In this document: positions 36,909 through 39,858 of the stretch, in pieces
Layout: every line of letters begins with the position of its first letter
Numbering within the stretch: position 1 is the first letter of the stretch
IMG/VR virus record: IMGVR_UViG_3300025103_000058
Coordinates: 1 to 39,858 of that record
Reading direction: 5' to 3' (one strand)
DNA: 39,858 nt
From: a virus
Lineage: Duplodnaviria > Caudoviricetes
Position numbers and translations under genes: made by a program
Notes under the pieces: model-generated
The model's database searches: none
Told to the model about the DNA's origin: nothing
What the model saw: the letters and a program-made list of their open reading frames with translations, nothing else

Positions 36909-37103
36909 CTACGCTGTCACACTGTTCTTTTGTGATTGAACTTCTAACCTAACTTGTTGAGCTAAGTTCTTAATGTTCTGCATAGCTTTCCTAACTCTCG
37001 TTCCTGCAGAGTTATTACCACTTTCAAATTTCGTAGCATCGTGTGTTGCTTCGTGAAATTGTTCTGCCATATTTTTAAGCAGATTTGTTACTTCATTTTC
37101 CAT
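36909..37103 (-). CDS. Histone H1-like Hc1 family nucleoid protein
   Basis: DATKFESGNNSAGTRVRKAMQNIKNLAQQVR matches the Bacteroidota/Chlamydia Hc1 N-terminal pattern (KF..GNxAAGTRVRK). Confidence 0.8.
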   Translation of the reverse strand: MENEVTNLLKNMAEQFHEATHDATKFESGNNSAGTRVRKAMQNIKNLAQQVRLEVQSQKNSVTA

Positions 37104-37129
37104 AATTTAATTTAATTTAATTGTTAATA

Positions 37130-37354
37130 CTATTTTTTATCTAGTAAGTTGTATAATATAACTAGAGCGATTAATCCAACTACCCCGTTATTTCCAAATG
37201 CTGCAATCAATTCTGTTACGTTATCAATCACGGACATTCCTAAAACTGCTTTCCCAAATAAAATCTCAGCTACTATTCCGAATGACAATAGCGTCATAAA
37301 TAAAGTTGACATTTTACCAAAAAATTCGTTTACTACATTAAATACTTTTTCCAT
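37130..37354 (-). CDS. Small two-TM membrane protein (74 aa)
   Basis: Start moved to MEKVFNVV, which follows an A-rich leader and removes the overlap with nrdJ. Two hydrophobic helices. Confidence 0.65.
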   Translation of the reverse strand: MEKVFNVVNEFFGKMSTLFMTLLSFGIVAEILFGKAVLGMSVIDNVTELIAAFGNNGVVGLIALVILYNLLDKK

Positions 37355-37368
37355 TTTGTTTTGTTTAA

Positions 37369-39243
37369 TTAAAGACTTGTTATTTCGCAGACTCCGCCGG
37401 CACAAGCCAATTCACCAGACAGATCTGTTTCGTCAGTCATTTCAACAATCATAGATAAATCTACATCGTTTAATAACTTGACTCTTTTGTTAAACTCTTG
37501 CTCTGTTATATCTTCAAACGGAGCTTGAGTGTACGTTCCACCGTCGTAAGGTAGAACTGATAAACCATTGTAACACTCTCTGTTATCCCACATCCATTTT
37601 CCAGCCTTATCCCATTCGTCGTCTTTTAAACTAATTGTTGCAGACACGTTGTGAGTATTGGAGCCTTTCCTATGTCCAGGCTTCACCCATTCGGTAGCAA
37701 CTTTTTTAACTCTCTTGAGTAAGTCAAAAGCAGACTCAGTTCTTAATATAGAACCTTTCGGTGCTGATTGTGGTATTTCGATAACAGCAGTATCGTGTGG
37801 TCTAAAATATTCGTCCTGAACTAAGTCAGGATTGTTTTGTTTTAGATATTTATATATAGGTTCGTTCTTACCTACACGTAACCTTCTAATATAGAATTCG
37901 TTATGCCAAGCGTGAATACCTGAAGACGTACCGAGTACTAAAGACGTTGTTCCAGCTGGTTTGACGCATGTTGTTCTAGCTGCTTTGTTTATGCCTATAA
38001 GCTTCGCAACTCTAGAGTTTTCACGTTTAACTACGTCAGCAGCTTTAGCCATATCCATCTTCAAAACCTTCTTAGAAGCAATACCTGTCATTGATACACC
38101 GACTAAAGCATCCTTCTCAGTTGTCTCTTGCCATATTTCTCTTAGATAGTGGAATTCCGTATAACCTGCTTGAAGCGTGCCTATGAAAGATGCGGCCTTA
38201 ACTCTAGCATTAAGATCTTCCTGACTCGTGACGTCACTTACATTAACTTCGCACAAGTTACAAAACTGATATGGCCTTAACGCAATTTCACAACATGGAT
38301 TAGTTCCCCAATCTTTATCGTGATTAAAGTATATGCCAGGCTCACCAGCTCCGGATAATTCAATACGTTTCCACAAATCTAAGAAAAATTCTTTAGTTAT
38401 TTTATGTCTCATTAGTACAGCTGAATTGTTGGCTCTACCTCTTTGAGGATTTGATTCCCACCAATCACCTGATTTGCTTGATATCATCTCTTCGTCGTAT
38501 GCCGAGAATAATGATATTAAAGCAGCCCGTCTAATACCGCCTGCAAGAACAGCATCAGCAATATGACAGATGATATCGTGAGTCTCCAGTGTAGTGAGTT
38601 TTGTTCCGTCTTCTTTTGCATCTAATAATCCTTTAATTTTTACTAAACATTCTTTTAATGGTTGTGGTCCTGGAGCTTTTCCCCCTGAGGTCACAAGTTG
38701 TGATCCCTTTGGCCTAATATCAGAATAATCAAATTTGACCTTAGATGATCTCTTAGAGCCCAAATAGGACTTGATTAAAACCTTAACTGCATCTGACCAA
38801 CCCTCAATGCTATCTCCGATAACAAACCTACGAGTTCTACCCTCGAATGGTTTTGTTATATGAGGGAGTACGTTGACATGGTGTCTCTGAACTGAATAAC
38901 CCACTCCGCAACCAGAGAGTAACAGAAACATACATTCGCTAAAGCAATCAGTGTGATCAATAGGTAAGTAAGAGCAATTGTATAGCCTGTTAGGGCTGAT
39001 TTCAATCGGCTTACCACTGAACTGCAAAGCCCGCATAGATGGTAAAACTTTCTTTTCATAAACATATTTGTAATTTAATTGTATTTGATCTACCAACTCA
39101 GGGTATCTCTTTTGATGCATCTCCTTATTTCTCGTGACTAGCTCTTCCCAAGTTTCCCTTCTGTTTAACTCGGGTATAAACTTAGCATACTTCATGTGGA
39201 TCGTAAGATCTGAAAGTATCTTTTTGTTTAAATCATTACGCAT
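37369..39243 (-). CDS. nrdJ: Class II (adenosylcobalamin-dependent) ribonucleotide reductase, RTPR-type
   Basis: RRETWEE, LPSMRAL, YNCSY, GCGVGYSV, RRAALISL, TNPCCEI, FCNLCEVN, TCVKPAGT and a C-terminal CAGGVC redox pair. No ATP cone and no adjacent beta subunit. Confidence 0.9.
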   Translation of the reverse strand: MRNDLNKKILSDLTIHMKYAKFIPELNRRETWEELVTRNKEMHQKRYPELVDQIQLNYKYVYEKKVLPSMRALQFSGKPIEISPNRLYNCSYLPIDHTDCFSECMFLLLSGCGVGYSVQRHHVNVLPHITKPFEGRTRRFVIGDSIEGWSDAVKVLIKSYLGSKRSSKVKFDYSDIRPKGSQLVTSGGKAPGPQPLKECLVKIKGLLDAKEDGTKLTTLETHDIICHIADAVLAGGIRRAALISLFSAYDEEMISSKSGDWWESNPQRGRANNSAVLMRHKITKEFFLDLWKRIELSGAGEPGIYFNHDKDWGTNPCCEIALRPYQFCNLCEVNVSDVTSQEDLNARVKAASFIGTLQAGYTEFHYLREIWQETTEKDALVGVSMTGIASKKVLKMDMAKAADVVKRENSRVAKLIGINKAARTTCVKPAGTTSLVLGTSSGIHAWHNEFYIRRLRVGKNEPIYKYLKQNNPDLVQDEYFRPHDTAVIEIPQSAPKGSILRTESAFDLLKRVKKVATEWVKPGHRKGSNTHNVSATISLKDDEWDKAGKWMWDNRECYNGLSVLPYDGGTYTQAPFEDITEQEFNKRVKLLNDVDLSMIVEMTDETDLSGELACAGGVCEITSL

Positions 39244-39373
39244 TGAACGTAGTTAAGCACACATCGATAAAAGGTATATATAACACATGGTTGTTCTTCT
39301 TCACTTCGTTATAGGTTCTAAAACCTAATAATATTCCTGGGTAAAACCCAAAACTTAATTCCCAATTTTTCAT
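39236..39373 (-). CDS. 45-aa hypothetical protein (not in ORF track)
   Basis: MKNWELSFGFYPGILLGFRTYNEVKKNNHVLYIPFIDVCLTTFNA. Abuts the nuclease stop and overlaps the nrdJ start by 8 nt. Confidence 0.65.
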   Translation of the reverse strand: MKNWELSFGFYPGILLGFRTYNEVKKNNHVLYIPFIDVCLTTFNA

Positions 39374-39820
39374 TTAATTTAATTTATTCGTTAATATTAA
39401 TTCTACAACCTTGTCACATTCCTTTTGATTCTGTGGTTTATATAAAGTTACATGTGGAATTCGCTCTTTTACATGTTTCTTGAACATCTTCCATCTAATT
39501 GGAAACGATTCGTTTGCACGTCCTTTGCATTCTATTATAAACTTTTCTGCTACAAAATCAGGGGTGTATTTGATGCCTAAAATCTTTTTAGAGCCTCTAT
39601 TTTTGAATTCCCCTTTACCATTTGCTTGTCTCTCGTAGCTCTCGTTTTCAAACATAAACCCCTCAAATAATTGATAGGTTTCGCCTTCGTACTGAGCTTT
39701 GATCTTAGCTTTTTTTAAAGCTAGATACATATACTTTTCAAGACCTGAAGCAAATTGGATCCCGTCGAATGTGACTTTCTTTGCTTGGACGGGACCCTTT
39801 CTTCTTTTAAATCTTTTCAT
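39374..39820 (-). CDS. PD-(D/E)xK endonuclease, T7 endonuclease I/DUF1064-like (possible resolvase)
   Basis: FASGLE...YTPDF...IIECKG motif set. Confidence 0.8.
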   Translation of the reverse strand: MKRFKRRKGPVQAKKVTFDGIQFASGLEKYMYLALKKAKIKAQYEGETYQLFEGFMFENESYERQANGKGEFKNRGSKKILGIKYTPDFVAEKFIIECKGRANESFPIRWKMFKKHVKERIPHVTLYKPQNQKECDKVVELILTNKLN

Positions 39821-39858
39821 CTCGATCTTCTAGCTCTTCACGCGCTGCTTGTATGTAT
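39807..39858 (-). CDS. 3' end of an upstream gene cut by the window edge
   Basis: Open frame YIQAAREELEDRDEKI* overlapping the nuclease start. Too short to assign a function. Confidence 0.4.
   Translation of the reverse strand, partial: YIQAAREELEDRDEKI

Noticed and set aside
37355-37405. ORF-track N-terminal extension MCRRSLR
   Set aside because: It overlaps the nrdJ 3' end; the Met at 37354 has an A-rich leader and is the more plausible start.
42-39065. Numerous 60-120 aa antisense or alternative-frame ORFs inside long genes
   Set aside because: They are fully nested in well-supported genes, carry no recognizable motifs, and are expected shadows of codon bias.
1-39858. Stop-codon reassignment (TAG/TGA) known in some Crassvirales
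   Set aside because: ORFs of 9-10 kb are uninterrupted under the standard code, and TAG ends genes cleanly just before new starts (e.g. 4844, 9039, 20342, 33467).
1-39858. tRNA, rRNA, integrase, introns or inteins
   Set aside because: Intergenic gaps are too short and none shows a cloverleaf. TerL and NrdJ appear uninterrupted.

Overview
About 40 kb of an AT-rich, densely coding tailed dsDNA phage genome. Gene order and protein motifs fit a podovirus-type, crAss-like/Crassvirales-related phage of Bacteroidota, probably a marine Flavobacteria phage (inference). The + strand (1-36.8 kb) carries the morphogenesis module: truncated terminase large subunit, portal, scaffold-like protein, major capsid, ring/adaptor proteins and a 3061-aa tail stabilization (P22 gp10-like) protein with a Cys-rich repeat extension. 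It continues with ejection/internal virion proteins, including a 3383-aa polyvalent protein, then holin-like and fibre genes and an M15 endolysin. After a bidirectional terminator near 36.87 kb, the - strand encodes an Hc1 histone-like protein, a class II ribonucleotide reductase and a T7 endonuclease I-like nuclease. The most notable items are the giant protein, whose zincin, sigma-region-2-like, WC-motif and HAD modules are separated by recurring KFSK linkers; a bipartite AGTAAA-N15-GTGAYTAT promoter-like motif; and the Cys-repeat/FN3 extension on the tail protein. All calls come from motif recognition and synteny; no searches were run.
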